Of a stretch of 64,000 nt of DNA, positions 36,629 to 46,763 are shown one piece after another. This DNA comes from an uncultured Candidatus Saccharibacteria bacterium (GTDB lineage Bacteria > Patescibacteriota > Saccharimonadia > Saccharimonadales > JALRHH01). Below the pieces are notes generated by a model. The model worked only from the letters and a program-made list of their open reading frames with translations. It ran no database searches and was not told the DNA's origin. The stretch's first letter is position 1. Each line of letters begins with the position of its first letter. The position numbers and the translations under genes were made by a program. The stretch spans positions 489 through 64,488 of the forward strand of contig CAZXBL010000001.1 of NCBI GenBank assembly GCA_964638875.1, given 5' to 3'.

Positions 36629-37991
36629 CAGGTGCCTTCACCGGTAGGGCGATGTACACGGTCGTACCTTTTCCCTGAAGGGAGCTGAGCCACATTCTGC
36701 CCCCATGTGCTTCAACAGTCATGCGGGTGGTCCACAGACCTAAGCCAGTGCCGTTAGCATGTACCGAGGTGGCATTGGTTGCTCTATAGTAACCTCCCAG
36801 AACCTTTTCTTGCTCATCGTGGGGGATGCCGATGCCATGGTCCTGTACGGCAATGATGTGTTCATGGCTGTCATCCAGCCGATACAGTAATTTTATTACA
36901 CTTTCCTCGCTACTGTATTTGATAGCATTTGCAAGAATGTTCATAAATGCCCGCTTCAGTGCCTCCACATCACCTACGGTGTATATCTGGGTGGGCCACT
37001 TTCCCACCTTTTCAATCGTGATACTCTTTTCTTTAGCCCCAAGTACTAACGTAGAGGTAACCTGGCTAATAATAGTAACGATATCAACACTGTCCTTATG
37101 TAGTTTTTTAGCTTGGCCGCGTTCAAATATAGAGCTGTCGAGAATCTCGTTCACGGTCGCTAATGATGCCTCAGTACTCCGGTACATGTCATCGAGTAAA
37201 TCTTTTTGGGTATTAGACGCCTTTTTGTTACCTTGCTGCAACGATTGAATGCCCCACAACATGCCAGTTAGCGGAGAACGAAGTTCATGCGAAGCAATCG
37301 AGATAAATTGATTTTTAAGATGCAGAATTTCGTGTTCTTTCGCCTGAATTTTTATGTCCCGCAAAATCCCAGCAAAAGGTATTGCTGCTAATAGCAGTGG
37401 CACAAGTGCGTACAAAGCAATCTCCAGGTAGTATGTGTTAGCTGGCGCAAATACACCTACAGCTGCGACAACATTGCCATCATTATCACGTACTGGCGCA
37501 AAGCCAGCTACCCAATGTTCTGAGTAGTCGGCGACCCAGGGATCGAAGCTTGGTGTGCCATCCAACAATGCGGAACGTAGTTGGTTAGACGGATGAGGGA
37601 CTGCCAAACCTGGCTGACCATAGAAACTGCTGCCTTCCGGTTGCGCGTCAATATTAATGGAAACCTGTTGGTTTGCAATCTTGAAGGCACGGATGTAAGA
37701 GATGTCGAGGTTGCTGCTCCTGACCTGATCAAGCTGCTGTTTCGCCCGGGAGTATGCAAGTGTCGTTAAGTCATCTTCGCTGCCTTTGAGGTTTGCTAAG
37801 TCGTCAGCGGACAGGCTATCCGCAATGGTCTGAGCTCGACCAACCAGATACTGACTTTTATCTGACTGGTTTGTAGCAGCTGCAAATAAACCACTGAAAA
37901 TCCCGGCACCAATAATAAGCACTGCAACAATGGTAGTGAAACGCTTTGGACGAAAAATCGGAGCTAGCTTCCCACGTTTAAGATGATCCAT
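36591..37991 (-). CDS. Sensor histidine kinase (HisKA + HATPase_c) with TM-flanked extracytoplasmic sensor domain
   Basis: H-box SHELRSPL, N/G1/G2 boxes (NAIKYS, DHGIGIP, GTGLGL), two TM segments. Confidence 0.85.
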   Translation of the reverse strand: MDHLKRGKLAPIFRPKRFTTIVAVLIIGAGIFSGLFAAATNQSDKSQYLVGRAQTIADSLSADDLANLKGSEDDLTTLAYSRAKQQLDQVRSSNLDISYIRAFKIANQQVSINIDAQPEGSSFYGQPGLAVPHPSNQLRSALLDGTPSFDPWVADYSEHWVAGFAPVRDNDGNVVAAVGVFAPANTYYLEIALYALVPLLLAAIPFAGILRDIKIQAKEHEILHLKNQFISIASHELRSPLTGMLWGIQSLQQGNKKASNTQKDLLDDMYRSTEASLATVNEILDSSIFERGQAKKLHKDSVDIVTIISQVTSTLVLGAKEKSITIEKVGKWPTQIYTVGDVEALKRAFMNILANAIKYSSEESVIKLLYRLDDSHEHIIAVQDHGIGIPHDEQEKVLGGYYRATNATSVHANGTGLGLWTTRMTVEAHGGRMWLSSLQGKGTTVYIALPVKAPVSLSVQESAAAV

Positions 37992-38036
37992 GCTCCATTC
38001 AATATAGCATAAGAGTATTAGATATACAGGGGTGAA

Positions 38037-39338
38037 TTAATTAAATTCGCGGCGAAGCCACTCATCCAGGCTATTACCCCCACCAGCCGTTAGGCACAGC
38101 ACCGTATCGCCGTCGGCTACGTGCTGCTTGATAGCCCTCTTTAAATCTTCATTCAATTGAGAAGGGGTTGTGTGGAGCTGAACAGTTTCGGACAGGAGCC
38201 CCCGAAGATCACTTGGGCTCAGCAGCTGCAATGACTGGTCCTCGCGGGCTAGATAACTCGGCACAATGTAGAGTGACTTTACGCTATCAAACAGGTCATG
38301 CAACTCGTCTTTGATGAAATGCTGCCTAGTGTTGTGCAGCCCTTCGTATACGACAACCAATCTATCACCAGCGACCTCGTGGCCAAGTTGTAATGCGCCC
38401 CGAATCTTGGGGGGTGTGTGAGCGTAGTCGCTGAAAATGCCGGGAGCAATCTGCTCAAAGCGTCTTGAGACGCCAGGGAATTGGTTCAAAATCTCGATTA
38501 GCTCTGCGCCATTCTTCCTACCGAGCAATGTCTGGACTCCTTGAGCAACAAGTGCAGCATTTTGACGGTTGACGAGCCCAGGTAGCGAGAGACCCCGGTA
38601 GTCATCGAAATTAATAATACTAACAGTATTCGATCCTGCAACATCAATAATATCGGCATCAGGCTTCCAGATGTAGGTGTGATCGGTGTGCCTGATGAAA
38701 TCACGGAAAGCCTGGTTGTATTCCTCACGAGTAGAGTAAATATCTGGGTGGTCCCAGTCTATACCGGTAATTAAACTAAGAGCAGGGCTGTAGGCAAGGA
38801 AATTTCGATCAAATTCGTCTGCTTCGTATACAAAGTACTGAGAGTCAGGGCTGTAGGCACCAAGGCTGGCAAATGACGTCTTTGCGGGCAGTACGTAACT
38901 AATTGGTACACCTAGTCTCTGAAGCAGCCATACCGTCATGGCGGTGGTGGTTGTCTTTCCGTGCGTGCCTGCGACAGCAACCATTTTCAGGTTCTTGTCA
39001 GCCAGGAACTGGGTTATAAATTCGTCGCGCTTGGTTGCCCTAATACCGTTTTCTTTAGCAAACATTAGCTCTGGATGGTTAGGATTTTCCATCGGCAACG
39101 CGGAACTGTAAACAATCCAATCAATAGGTTTTCTATTGTTGAGACTGGTAATATCTTCGCTGCTTTGGCCGATGTGGATATCAGAAATGCCCTGAGATTG
39201 CAGATACTCAAGGTAACTAGACATCTGTTTATCAGAGCCTGAAACTTCATAACCGGCTTGGCTTGCAATAAGTGCGACAGGACTGATACCTGCACCTCCT
39301 ATACCAGAGAAGTAAACATGCATAGATATATGGTACAC
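38037..39338 (-). CDS. murC: UDP-N-acetylmuramate--L-alanine ligase
   Basis: N-terminus HVYFSGIGGAGIS, Mur ligase central GTHGKTTTT motif, 433 aa. Confidence 0.9.
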   Translation of the reverse strand: MYHISMHVYFSGIGGAGISPVALIASQAGYEVSGSDKQMSSYLEYLQSQGISDIHIGQSSEDITSLNNRKPIDWIVYSSALPMENPNHPELMFAKENGIRATKRDEFITQFLADKNLKMVAVAGTHGKTTTTAMTVWLLQRLGVPISYVLPAKTSFASLGAYSPDSQYFVYEADEFDRNFLAYSPALSLITGIDWDHPDIYSTREEYNQAFRDFIRHTDHTYIWKPDADIIDVAGSNTVSIINFDDYRGLSLPGLVNRQNAALVAQGVQTLLGRKNGAELIEILNQFPGVSRRFEQIAPGIFSDYAHTPPKIRGALQLGHEVAGDRLVVVYEGLHNTRQHFIKDELHDLFDSVKSLYIVPSYLAREDQSLQLLSPSDLRGLLSETVQLHTTPSQLNEDLKRAIKQHVADGDTVLCLTAGGGNSLDEWLRREFN

Positions 39339-39367
39339 TGAAGAAAACGAAAAGAAACAAAGATTTT

Positions 39368-40576
39368 ATGTTAAAAAAGGCAATGCACCAGTTTCTGAAA
39401 CGGAGTCACTTTTGGCGTGACACCGGGTTTGACGAACTAAGCGAACTATACATCAGCAACATGCTCCGGACTGTTGCGCTAACAACATTTCTTATTTTTG
39501 TTCCGTATTATCTCTACCAAAACAACTACTCACCAGCCACTATCCTGGCTATGCTTGGTTCCTTTTTTGCTTTTCGAGCGGTTGCAGACATTGGTGCGGG
39601 CTTCTTTGTTGGGCGGTATGGCCCCAAGCACTCAATGTTGCTGAGTAACTTGATGCAAATTATCAGCTCAAGTTTGCTTTTGACGGTGCCAGGGCACCAT
39701 TGGAACATTTTGTTAATGGTGTTACCGTGGGCGATCGCGAATAGTCTATTCTTTATTTCATATCACGTCAGTTTTTCTAAGATAAAACATACCCCAAAAG
39801 CCGGCACAGAGCTTGGACACATGCAGGTGTTTGAAAAGGTCGGCTATCTACTCGGCCCATTAATTGGTGGTGTTATTGGTTCGGCATTCGGCCCACAGTA
39901 CATATTCATTACCGCGACAGCCTTACTAATCATTAGCCTTTGGCCGCTGTTCCTAAGCAGTGAGCCTACAAAGGTACATCAAAAAATTGATTTCAAGGGA
40001 CTATCTGCCAAAAAAATACGCCGGGATATATTTGCATATGGAGCACTTGGTGTCGAGAACTCACTGTGCATTAACACCTGGCCGTTCTACGTCGCGGTAT
40101 TTCTACTTAGCGGCGCAGTGTACGCTCAGCTGGGAACACTCAGTGCGATTGGGGTACTCGTCGCGGTCCTATCGGCAAAAGCCATGGGGGGAATATCAGA
40201 CTCGGCGTTGGCGCGTCCAATAATGCGTATCAGCGTTGCCTCAAATATACTTATTCATCTGTTACGCCCTTTTGTTAACGGCGTTGCTGGCGTCTTGGCA
40301 GTGAATGTGGCTAACGAGGCTGTCACTTCAGGCTATCGGATGCCATTTATAAAAGGTGTTTACGCGGCAGCAGATGACCTACCGGGTTACCGTATTGTTT
40401 ATATTGCGACCTTGGAATCAGTTAGTAGTATCGCAAAAGCAACCTCATGGTTTTTTCTGGCGCTACTCGCCACAGTGCTCAGCCTGAAAACAGTCCTGGC
40501 CATTGGCTTTATAATTGCGGCTGTCGCCTCACTGGGCATAACAAAAGAGCGCTTTGCGATATATAATCGAAGGTAA
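39368..40576 (+). CDS. MFS-type transporter
   Basis: 12 predicted TM helices and the loop 2-3 motif GRYGPK. Confidence 0.7.
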   Translation: MLKKAMHQFLKRSHFWRDTGFDELSELYISNMLRTVALTTFLIFVPYYLYQNNYSPATILAMLGSFFAFRAVADIGAGFFVGRYGPKHSMLLSNLMQIISSSLLLTVPGHHWNILLMVLPWAIANSLFFISYHVSFSKIKHTPKAGTELGHMQVFEKVGYLLGPLIGGVIGSAFGPQYIFITATALLIISLWPLFLSSEPTKVHQKIDFKGLSAKKIRRDIFAYGALGVENSLCINTWPFYVAVFLLSGAVYAQLGTLSAIGVLVAVLSAKAMGGISDSALARPIMRISVASNILIHLLRPFVNGVAGVLAVNVANEAVTSGYRMPFIKGVYAAADDLPGYRIVYIATLESVSSIAKATSWFFLALLATVLSLKTVLAIGFIIAAVASLGITKERFAIYNRR

Positions 40577-40591
40577 GAAAGAACAGAAAAT

Positions 40592-41197
40592 ATGAGCAAA
40601 CGTCACCTCCACCAAATCCTAAAGCGGCTTCGACAGGCACATACTCTGTACTTTGTAGTTGCTATCATTATTACAGCCGGAGTGGCTGTGACAGCACTTC
40701 GTAATAACAACATGAGGGCGCTTGAACTGCGCGATACAGTCCTCGCGGTAGACAAACAGAACGGGGATACCGAAACCGCGCTTCGAGACCTTCGTGAATA
40801 CGTTTACGGTCACATGAATAGCAATTTAGCCGTTCCTGGTGGTGCTTATCCTCCTGTGCAGCTTAAATATCGCTATGACCGGCTTGTTGCAGCAGAAAAA
40901 CAACGAGTTACCCAGGTTAATGCCAAACTTTATACCGAAGCACAAGGGTACTGTGAATCGGTAATCCCAACCGGACGCTCGCTAACCCGCATTGAATGTA
41001 TCCAGAACTACGTCACAACAAGGGGTGGCGTCAGTGAAAACGCGATCCCAGACGCACTCTACAAGTTTAACTTTGCCCCACCAATTTGGTCGCCAGACTT
41101 AGCTGGCTGGAGTCTGGTACTACTAGGCGTCTTGACACTTCTGTCTATAACAAGAACAATTGCATTGTTCTGGCTCAAACACACACTTCACGAATAA
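40592..41197 (+). CDS. Hypothetical membrane protein (N- and C-terminal TM helices)
   Basis: ORF with two TM helices flanking a soluble domain, followed by a terminator. Confidence 0.5.
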   Translation: MSKRHLHQILKRLRQAHTLYFVVAIIITAGVAVTALRNNNMRALELRDTVLAVDKQNGDTETALRDLREYVYGHMNSNLAVPGGAYPPVQLKYRYDRLVAAEKQRVTQVNAKLYTEAQGYCESVIPTGRSLTRIECIQNYVTTRGGVSENAIPDALYKFNFAPPIWSPDLAGWSLVLLGVLTLLSITRTIALFWLKHTLHE

Positions 41198-41201
41198 CAA
41201 T

Positions 41202-41232
41202 AAAAATACCCCAGTTACCCGGGGTATTTTTA
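41202..41232. terminator. Bidirectional rho-independent terminator
   Basis: AAAAATACCCCAGTTACCCGGGGTATTTTTATT, between convergent genes. Confidence 0.75.
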
Positions 41233-41247
41233 TTGATTCTCTACGTT

Positions 41248-41901
41248 CTAGCGATTCGTAGTAGGTTTGTTGGTGGTGCTAGAGTTGTTGGTATTAGTGT
41301 TAGTCGTTGTGTTGCTCGTATCTTCACTAGTTGTGTCGGTCGAGGTTCCTTGACTTGAGGTCTGGTCACACTTCTGTTCGCCAGGGTTTTGTTCCTGGTA
41401 AGTCTTTACAGCCTTTGCTACTTGACCGTCATCCTTCAGGTTTTCCCAGAAGATAACTTGTTCACGGTTGATAACCATGTTGTCTTGTGGGCCGTGCAAC
41501 TCACAACCAAGCTTCACGAGCGAAATGTCGTTACTATTGTTGCTAGACTGGTTTGGCTGGACCTGCTGGTTAACACGGAGGTAATAAATATCTGCCATGC
41601 TGAGGAACTTGCCATTTAGGTTGTTAATTTTACCGAAGTAAACCTGACCACCGTTCAAGAACACTGCCTGCAGTTTACTCTCGTCGACATAGCTTCCTTC
41701 TTTCTTGTTGCCGCCACCGAGGGCTACAAACCATACCACCGCTACTACAAGCACGGTGATACAAAAGAGTAGTGCTACTTGTGCAATCTTCCACGTCTTA
41801 ACGTTTTGAAGACTTGCTCTTTTTGACCTGCCTTGGGCAGGTGCCGCTGGTTGTCCAGCTGGTTGACCTTGGCTTTGGTCGCCACGATTCATCCATTCCA
41901 T
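41248..41901 (-). CDS. Membrane-anchored secreted protein with Ser/Thr/Asn-rich C-terminal tail, hypothetical
   Basis: The start was chosen at the internal Met (MEWMNRG) because the upstream ORF extension runs into AT-rich promoter-like sequence. One TM helix. Confidence 0.5.
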   Translation of the reverse strand: MEWMNRGDQSQGQPAGQPAAPAQGRSKRASLQNVKTWKIAQVALLFCITVLVVAVVWFVALGGGNKKEGSYVDESKLQAVFLNGGQVYFGKINNLNGKFLSMADIYYLRVNQQVQPNQSSNNSNDISLVKLGCELHGPQDNMVINREQVIFWENLKDDGQVAKAVKTYQEQNPGEQKCDQTSSQGTSTDTTSEDTSNTTTNTNTNNSSTTNKPTTNR

Positions 41902-42080
41902 ATGTGTTATCCACCTTTCCTTACGTAGGGTTAGTGTAATGCATAAGCGCCTTACTGTGCAATAACTATCTGTAATTTTATTAAGCAACAGATAACACGT
42001 ATCCACAACAACACTTTTTACGATGTTTAAAATAACAGGGGTAGAAGCAAACTCTAAGGTGTTATTTTTTGTAAAAGCGG

Positions 42081-42110
42081 TTGACAAGCTAAAACACCCC
42101 AGAGTATGTT
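42081..42110 (+). promoter_or_regulatory. Sigma70-like promoter (TTGACA-18-TATGTT)
   Basis: Near-consensus -35 hexamer and a -10 hexamer upstream of the small ORF at 42151. Confidence 0.5.
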
Positions 42111-42150
42111 AGGAGTACCATTACATAACGTAAGAGAGGGACCTCATATT

Positions 42151-42348
42151 ATGGCAGGTTACAACCACACTAACTCAAAGGGTGTTACATATCACTTGAA
42201 CTCTAAGCTCGTAGTGCTCCGCGGTGGCAAAGAACAGCGCATCTACTACTTCAGCAAGGACGTACGCCCAGAAGCAACTGACCTCCCAGCAGGTTTTGTT
42301 GTAAACGAAAACCCACGTAACGGTTTCTTGACCGTAAAGCGCGGCTAG
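42151..42348 (+). CDS. Small (65 aa) basic protein of unknown function flanked by promoter and terminator
   Basis: SD GAGGGA 8 nt upstream of the ATG (MAGYNHTNSKGVTYHLN...). There is an intrinsic terminator at 42372-42399. Confidence 0.4.
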   Translation: MAGYNHTNSKGVTYHLNSKLVVLRGGKEQRIYYFSKDVRPEATDLPAGFVVNENPRNGFLTVKRG

Positions 42349-42371
42349 TTCTAAACAAAGATTACAAAATA

Positions 42372-42399
42372 AACACCCCGGTTATCCGGGGTGTTTTTA
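42372..42399 (+). terminator. Rho-independent terminator
   Basis: CACCCCGG-TTAT-CCGGGGTG followed by TTTTT. Confidence 0.75.
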
Positions 42400-42439
42400 T
42401 ATCTAGCTATAACCTTTGGTAGTTTGATACAGTATTGTA

Positions 42440-43198
42440 ATGGCACAAACAATTCTCACAGTTAAAAACTTAGTAAAAACCTACGACAAACGTAATGTAG
42501 TTGACGGAATCTCTTTTGAGGTTAGTAGGGGCGAAGTGTTCGGGATCTTGGGTCCAAATGGCGCCGGCAAGACTACCACACTCGAAATGCTCGAAACAAT
42601 GCGTCCTATCGATGGCGGCACCGCTGAAATAGACGGCATCAATGTCGCCAAAAATCCAGATCAAATCAAAGAACTGATTGGTGTGCAGCCGCAAACCCCT
42701 TCATTCGAAGAAAAAACCAAACTGACAGAGTTAATCGAATTTTTTGCTGCCGCGTATGGTGAGAAAGTAGATGCAAAAGCCTTTTTAAGTGACGTCCATC
42801 TAGAAGAAAAAGCCAATGCCTACCCAGAACAGCTTTCTGGAGGACAGCGCCAACGTTTCTCTATCGCTGCCGCACTGGTGCACGGGCCAAAAGTATTCTT
42901 TTTAGATGAACCAACAACAGGACTTGACCCCCAGGCACGCCGAAATCTGTGGGATCTCATTCGCGAAGTCCGTGATCGAGGTGTCACAGTTATCATGACA
43001 ACCCACTACATGGACGAAGCGGAACTGCTCTGCGACCGCATCGCGATCATGGATAACGGCAAGATTATCGCCATGGATACTCCTAAAAACCTCGTTAAGG
43101 CGCTACTAAAACGCGGTTTCAAGAAGGCGCAGCATGTAGAACAGGCTGACCTCGAAGACGTGTTTATTGACCTAACCGGAAAGGCACTGAGGGACTAA
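42440..43198 (+). CDS. ABC transporter ATP-binding protein
   Basis: Walker A GPNGAGKTT, signature LSGGQRQR, Walker B FFLDEPT. Confidence 0.9.
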   Translation: MAQTILTVKNLVKTYDKRNVVDGISFEVSRGEVFGILGPNGAGKTTTLEMLETMRPIDGGTAEIDGINVAKNPDQIKELIGVQPQTPSFEEKTKLTELIEFFAAAYGEKVDAKAFLSDVHLEEKANAYPEQLSGGQRQRFSIAAALVHGPKVFFLDEPTTGLDPQARRNLWDLIREVRDRGVTVIMTTHYMDEAELLCDRIAIMDNGKIIAMDTPKNLVKALLKRGFKKAQHVEQADLEDVFIDLTGKALRD

Positions 43199-43199
43199 T

Positions 43200-44315
43200 A
43201 TGAGCAAATTTCGAAAATCAGTCCTACCAATTACCACCTTCGTCCGAATCGATCTGAAACGTCTCTTTAGGGATAAGGTCGCAATCTTCTTTATCTTTCT
43301 GTTTCCGCTCATATTCCTGGTCATTTTTGGCAGCATTTTCAGTGGCGACAGTAATGTCTCGTTCAAAGTAGGTCTACTGAACCAATCAAACACCGAATTT
43401 GCCCAAAAGTTCGAAAAACAGATCAAGGATAATAAGGTTTTTGATGTCGATAAAGAGATTTCTTCGGAAGACAAAGCGCGCGAGAAAATGAACCGCGGCC
43501 AGCTGGACGCTACTATCATCTTGCCGGCAGGTTTTGGCGAGGTAACAAACAATAAATACCCAGCCGGCCAGGCAAAAGTTCTATATGACCAAAACAACGA
43601 GCAGGGCGGCCGGACGCTCGCTTCAATCATGGAAAGTATCTTCACAGATATTAACGACAACCTCGTGCCTCACGATGAACCGTTCACCGTTAAAGCAGAA
43701 TCGACCGCTACCAAAGGCCTCACGCAGTTTGACTACACGTTCTCGGGCATCCTGGGCTTTACACTGTTATCTCTGGGCATTTTCGGCCCAACTACTGTCT
43801 TCCCGCGACTGAAACAGCGTGGGGTGCTACGTCGCTACCACACGACCTCTCTCAAGGTGTGGCAGTACTTTGTAGGAAATGTCATCTCTAACGCCTTTAT
43901 CGGTCTCATGGCGCTTGTAGTGATGTTTACGGCCGCAGTAACACTATTTGATCTGAATATGAGGGGTAATTACCTAATCCTGGCCCTCATCGTAGCAGTG
44001 GGAACTATCATGCTATTCGGTATAGGATTGGCGCTAGGTGGCTGGGCCAAGAACGAAAACCAAGCCGCACCACTCGCGCAACTTGTGACATTGCCCATGA
44101 TGTTCTTGTCGGGCGTGTTCTTCCCGACCTTCCTCATGCCAGAACTTTTGCAGAAAATCACCCAGTTTATTCCTTTAACAGCGGTAGTCGATGCAGTTCG
44201 TCTGACAATCACAGAAAATGCTTCACTGGTAGACCTGGCGCCCCAATTCGGCGTCATGCTCGGCTGGACATTCGTAATCTACATAATAGCCTTCAAAGTC
44301 TTCCGCTGGGAGTAG
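43200..44315 (+). CDS. ABC-2 family transporter permease
   Basis: N-terminal TM helix, a large extracytoplasmic loop, 5 C-terminal TM helices. It lies 1 nt after the ATPase stop. Confidence 0.8.
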   Translation: MSKFRKSVLPITTFVRIDLKRLFRDKVAIFFIFLFPLIFLVIFGSIFSGDSNVSFKVGLLNQSNTEFAQKFEKQIKDNKVFDVDKEISSEDKAREKMNRGQLDATIILPAGFGEVTNNKYPAGQAKVLYDQNNEQGGRTLASIMESIFTDINDNLVPHDEPFTVKAESTATKGLTQFDYTFSGILGFTLLSLGIFGPTTVFPRLKQRGVLRRYHTTSLKVWQYFVGNVISNAFIGLMALVVMFTAAVTLFDLNMRGNYLILALIVAVGTIMLFGIGLALGGWAKNENQAAPLAQLVTLPMMFLSGVFFPTFLMPELLQKITQFIPLTAVVDAVRLTITENASLVDLAPQFGVMLGWTFVIYIIAFKVFRWE

Positions 44316-44486
44316 GGGCTAATGAGACACCTAAAAAGGTTTCTCACCCCACCCCATGAAATAAATTTCACAGGGAACCCGAGTCGCGCCGACAAAAAGG
44401 CGTGACTTGTTTGCCCAAGCTGCTCTTCCCAGATTTAGGACAGCTAACCTATTGCCAAAACAGCATAAGCGTGATATAATACAACT

Positions 44487-44861
44487 ATGGTAAAACAGCA
44501 AGAATTTGACGAACCACGCCACAATATCCTCTATGACGCAGATGGGTTAGATTACAGCGTGCCGCAGGATGACGAAGAAGCTGCTGAAATAGGCATTCCA
44601 GCCACACCTGAAGAAGAGCAGCGGCATAAGGAAGCTGGTGAACAAGTTGGCGATTTACTGGGTAAGTCAAACCTGCTTCAACAGGTCCAAATAGTGGACC
44701 CAGCCTTACAAGACCGTGAAGAATGGATACGTAGCATGCACCTGACACAGCCTTCATCCGGAGGGCCAGTTCGACATCCAACCCCAGAAGATGGTCGATT
44801 CGCAACTGAAAATATGAACCGCGTACGGGCGCAACTTACTCCACCTAATCCAAGGACATAG
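44487..44861 (+). CDS. Acidic hypothetical protein
   Basis: ORF preceded by a TTGCCA-17-TATAAT promoter. It has no recognisable domain. Confidence 0.45.
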   Translation: MVKQQEFDEPRHNILYDADGLDYSVPQDDEEAAEIGIPATPEEEQRHKEAGEQVGDLLGKSNLLQQVQIVDPALQDREEWIRSMHLTQPSSGGPVRHPTPEDGRFATENMNRVRAQLTPPNPRT

Positions 44862-44864
44862 GTT

Positions 44865-45692
44865 ATGATCAAGCGCGCTGATTTTCCGGGGCAACCCGAA
44901 GAGAGACTCCCAATTGACCAACTACCTGGTGAACGAGAGGTTCGGGTCGCTGAGTTTGACCCTGAACGCAAATATGCGTTCGGTAGCGTTCCGCGATTGC
45001 TCGATATATCAGTTGATAATGATATATGGCTGAAGCCTGAAGATGTCAAGCACGCTAGCCCAGATTTCTTGGCCGAAAATCTCAGGCAGCGTATGGGCAA
45101 ACAAGAAATAGATGGTGTGCCGTTTAACGAGTTTGAATACAGTACTGCTGTCACACATGTGCCGACACTCATCGGACGAACTGCCGCAAAAGCACTCAAG
45201 CCCTATGCTCTTGCGAATACTACGATCCGCCGAGAAGTTGAGCTAAAAGCACACAGGGGTGTTCTAGAAGGTGTCCTCCCAAAACATAAGAGTCTGTTTG
45301 AGGGCTTACAAGCTGAGGTCGCAACTCTCCGAAGGCTTAGGTATTTGGCAGATAAACCTGGCTTTGCTTTAGAGAAGGGTGGTCATATCAAGGAGCTTGC
45401 AGCTCTTGGGTGGGCTAGTTTTGATAATATGCTGCGGGTTGTAGGTGACCGCGAGAAGTGGGATGATGAAAAACGCTATCGCGTTAACCAAGCGTTGTTA
45501 ACCAAGCTTAGTACCGGGCCTCAGCGTGAAAAGATCGGCACCTGGCAAGCGATGACCGGAGAAGCTTACCGCTATGCAGTCCGGCGCTTTTCAAAAGTTG
45601 GTATGCGAGAGAAAGTTATTGAGAAGACCCTTAGTGACACAAAGGGCGAGCTAGACAAGTTATATAGCGAGACTGGCTTCTTTGAGATTTAA
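44865..45692 (+). CDS. Hypothetical protein
   Basis: The ORF is tightly packed between its neighbours and has no recognisable motif. Confidence 0.5.
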   Translation: MIKRADFPGQPEERLPIDQLPGEREVRVAEFDPERKYAFGSVPRLLDISVDNDIWLKPEDVKHASPDFLAENLRQRMGKQEIDGVPFNEFEYSTAVTHVPTLIGRTAAKALKPYALANTTIRREVELKAHRGVLEGVLPKHKSLFEGLQAEVATLRRLRYLADKPGFALEKGGHIKELAALGWASFDNMLRVVGDREKWDDEKRYRVNQALLTKLSTGPQREKIGTWQAMTGEAYRYAVRRFSKVGMREKVIEKTLSDTKGELDKLYSETGFFEI

Positions 45693-46709
45693 ATGAAGAA
45701 TATTTTGAATGACTTGCCGGGGCCGTGTTTTGTTTTGGCGCCTATGGATGATGTTACTGATACGGTTTTCCGCCGCATGGTTCACGCGACCGCGCCGGCT
45801 GATTTGTATTACACAGAATTCGTGAACGTTGATGGTTTGCAAAGTCCAGGCAGGGCAAAATTGCTTAAAAAAGTCAGATTTGTAGAGTCTGAAGGTCCGT
45901 TGGTTATCCAATTGTGGGGCAAAGACCCGGAGAATTTTCGTAAAACTGCGCAGCAGGTAGCTGATGGTAGTCTTGCGAAAGAGCTAGGGTTGCCAGAAGG
46001 CGTCAACTTTGCTGGACTGGACCTGAACATGGGCTGCCCCGCTAAATCAGAGGTCAAAAACGGTACCTGTAGTGCATTGATCAAAAACCGTCCATTAGCG
46101 CTAGAGATTATCAATGCGTCAAAAGCAGGGTTAGCCGGGAAGCTGCCGATCAGCGTTAAGACACGCGTTGGCTTTAATGAAGTCGATATGACCTGGGTAG
46201 AATTTTTGTTAGAACAGAAACTTAACATGTTAACTGTTCATGGTCGTACCAAGAAGCAGATGAGTAAAGTGCCCGCAAACTGGGATCTGATTGGTCGGGC
46301 GCGTGAACTCCGTGACCGGATCTCCCCCGACACACTTATTGTCGGGAATGGCGACGTTATGAATTACCAGCAAGGTTTTGATTTAACTAAGAAATACCAT
46401 TTAGATGGTGTCATGATTGGTCGCGGTGTGTTTCAGGACCCGTATGCATTTGCAGAAAATTCACCGTGGGAAACAACTGACCGGGAAACTCGGCTCAATT
46501 TGTTTAAACAGCACGTGACAACGTTTGCTAGTCAATGGCAGGATGGCGAACGCCCCATCCACACGCTGAATAAGTTCTGTAAAATATATGTCAGCGATTT
46601 TGATGGCGCCAAAGAACTCCGTGAAAAGTTAATGGCAGCAGAATCTACCGATGATCTGCTGACCATGATCGACCAAGCGTTGGCAACACAGTATGCGTTA
46701 GAAACCTAA
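45693..46709 (+). CDS. dus: tRNA-dihydrouridine synthase
   Basis: Dus N-terminus FVLAPMDDVTDTVFRRM and a TIM-barrel FMN-binding pattern. Confidence 0.85.
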   Translation: MKNILNDLPGPCFVLAPMDDVTDTVFRRMVHATAPADLYYTEFVNVDGLQSPGRAKLLKKVRFVESEGPLVIQLWGKDPENFRKTAQQVADGSLAKELGLPEGVNFAGLDLNMGCPAKSEVKNGTCSALIKNRPLALEIINASKAGLAGKLPISVKTRVGFNEVDMTWVEFLLEQKLNMLTVHGRTKKQMSKVPANWDLIGRARELRDRISPDTLIVGNGDVMNYQQGFDLTKKYHLDGVMIGRGVFQDPYAFAENSPWETTDRETRLNLFKQHVTTFASQWQDGERPIHTLNKFCKIYVSDFDGAKELREKLMAAESTDDLLTMIDQALATQYALET

Positions 46710-46763
46710 CAGCCTTAATTACTCCATTAAAGTACAGTAGAAGTGTAACTATGGAGGTTATTT

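Noticed and set aside
42151-42348. Small basic protein as a ribosomal protein (L28/L31/L33-like)
   Set aside because: Comparison with the remembered consensus of bacterial L28, L31, L32, L33, L34, L35 and L36 shows no convincing match.
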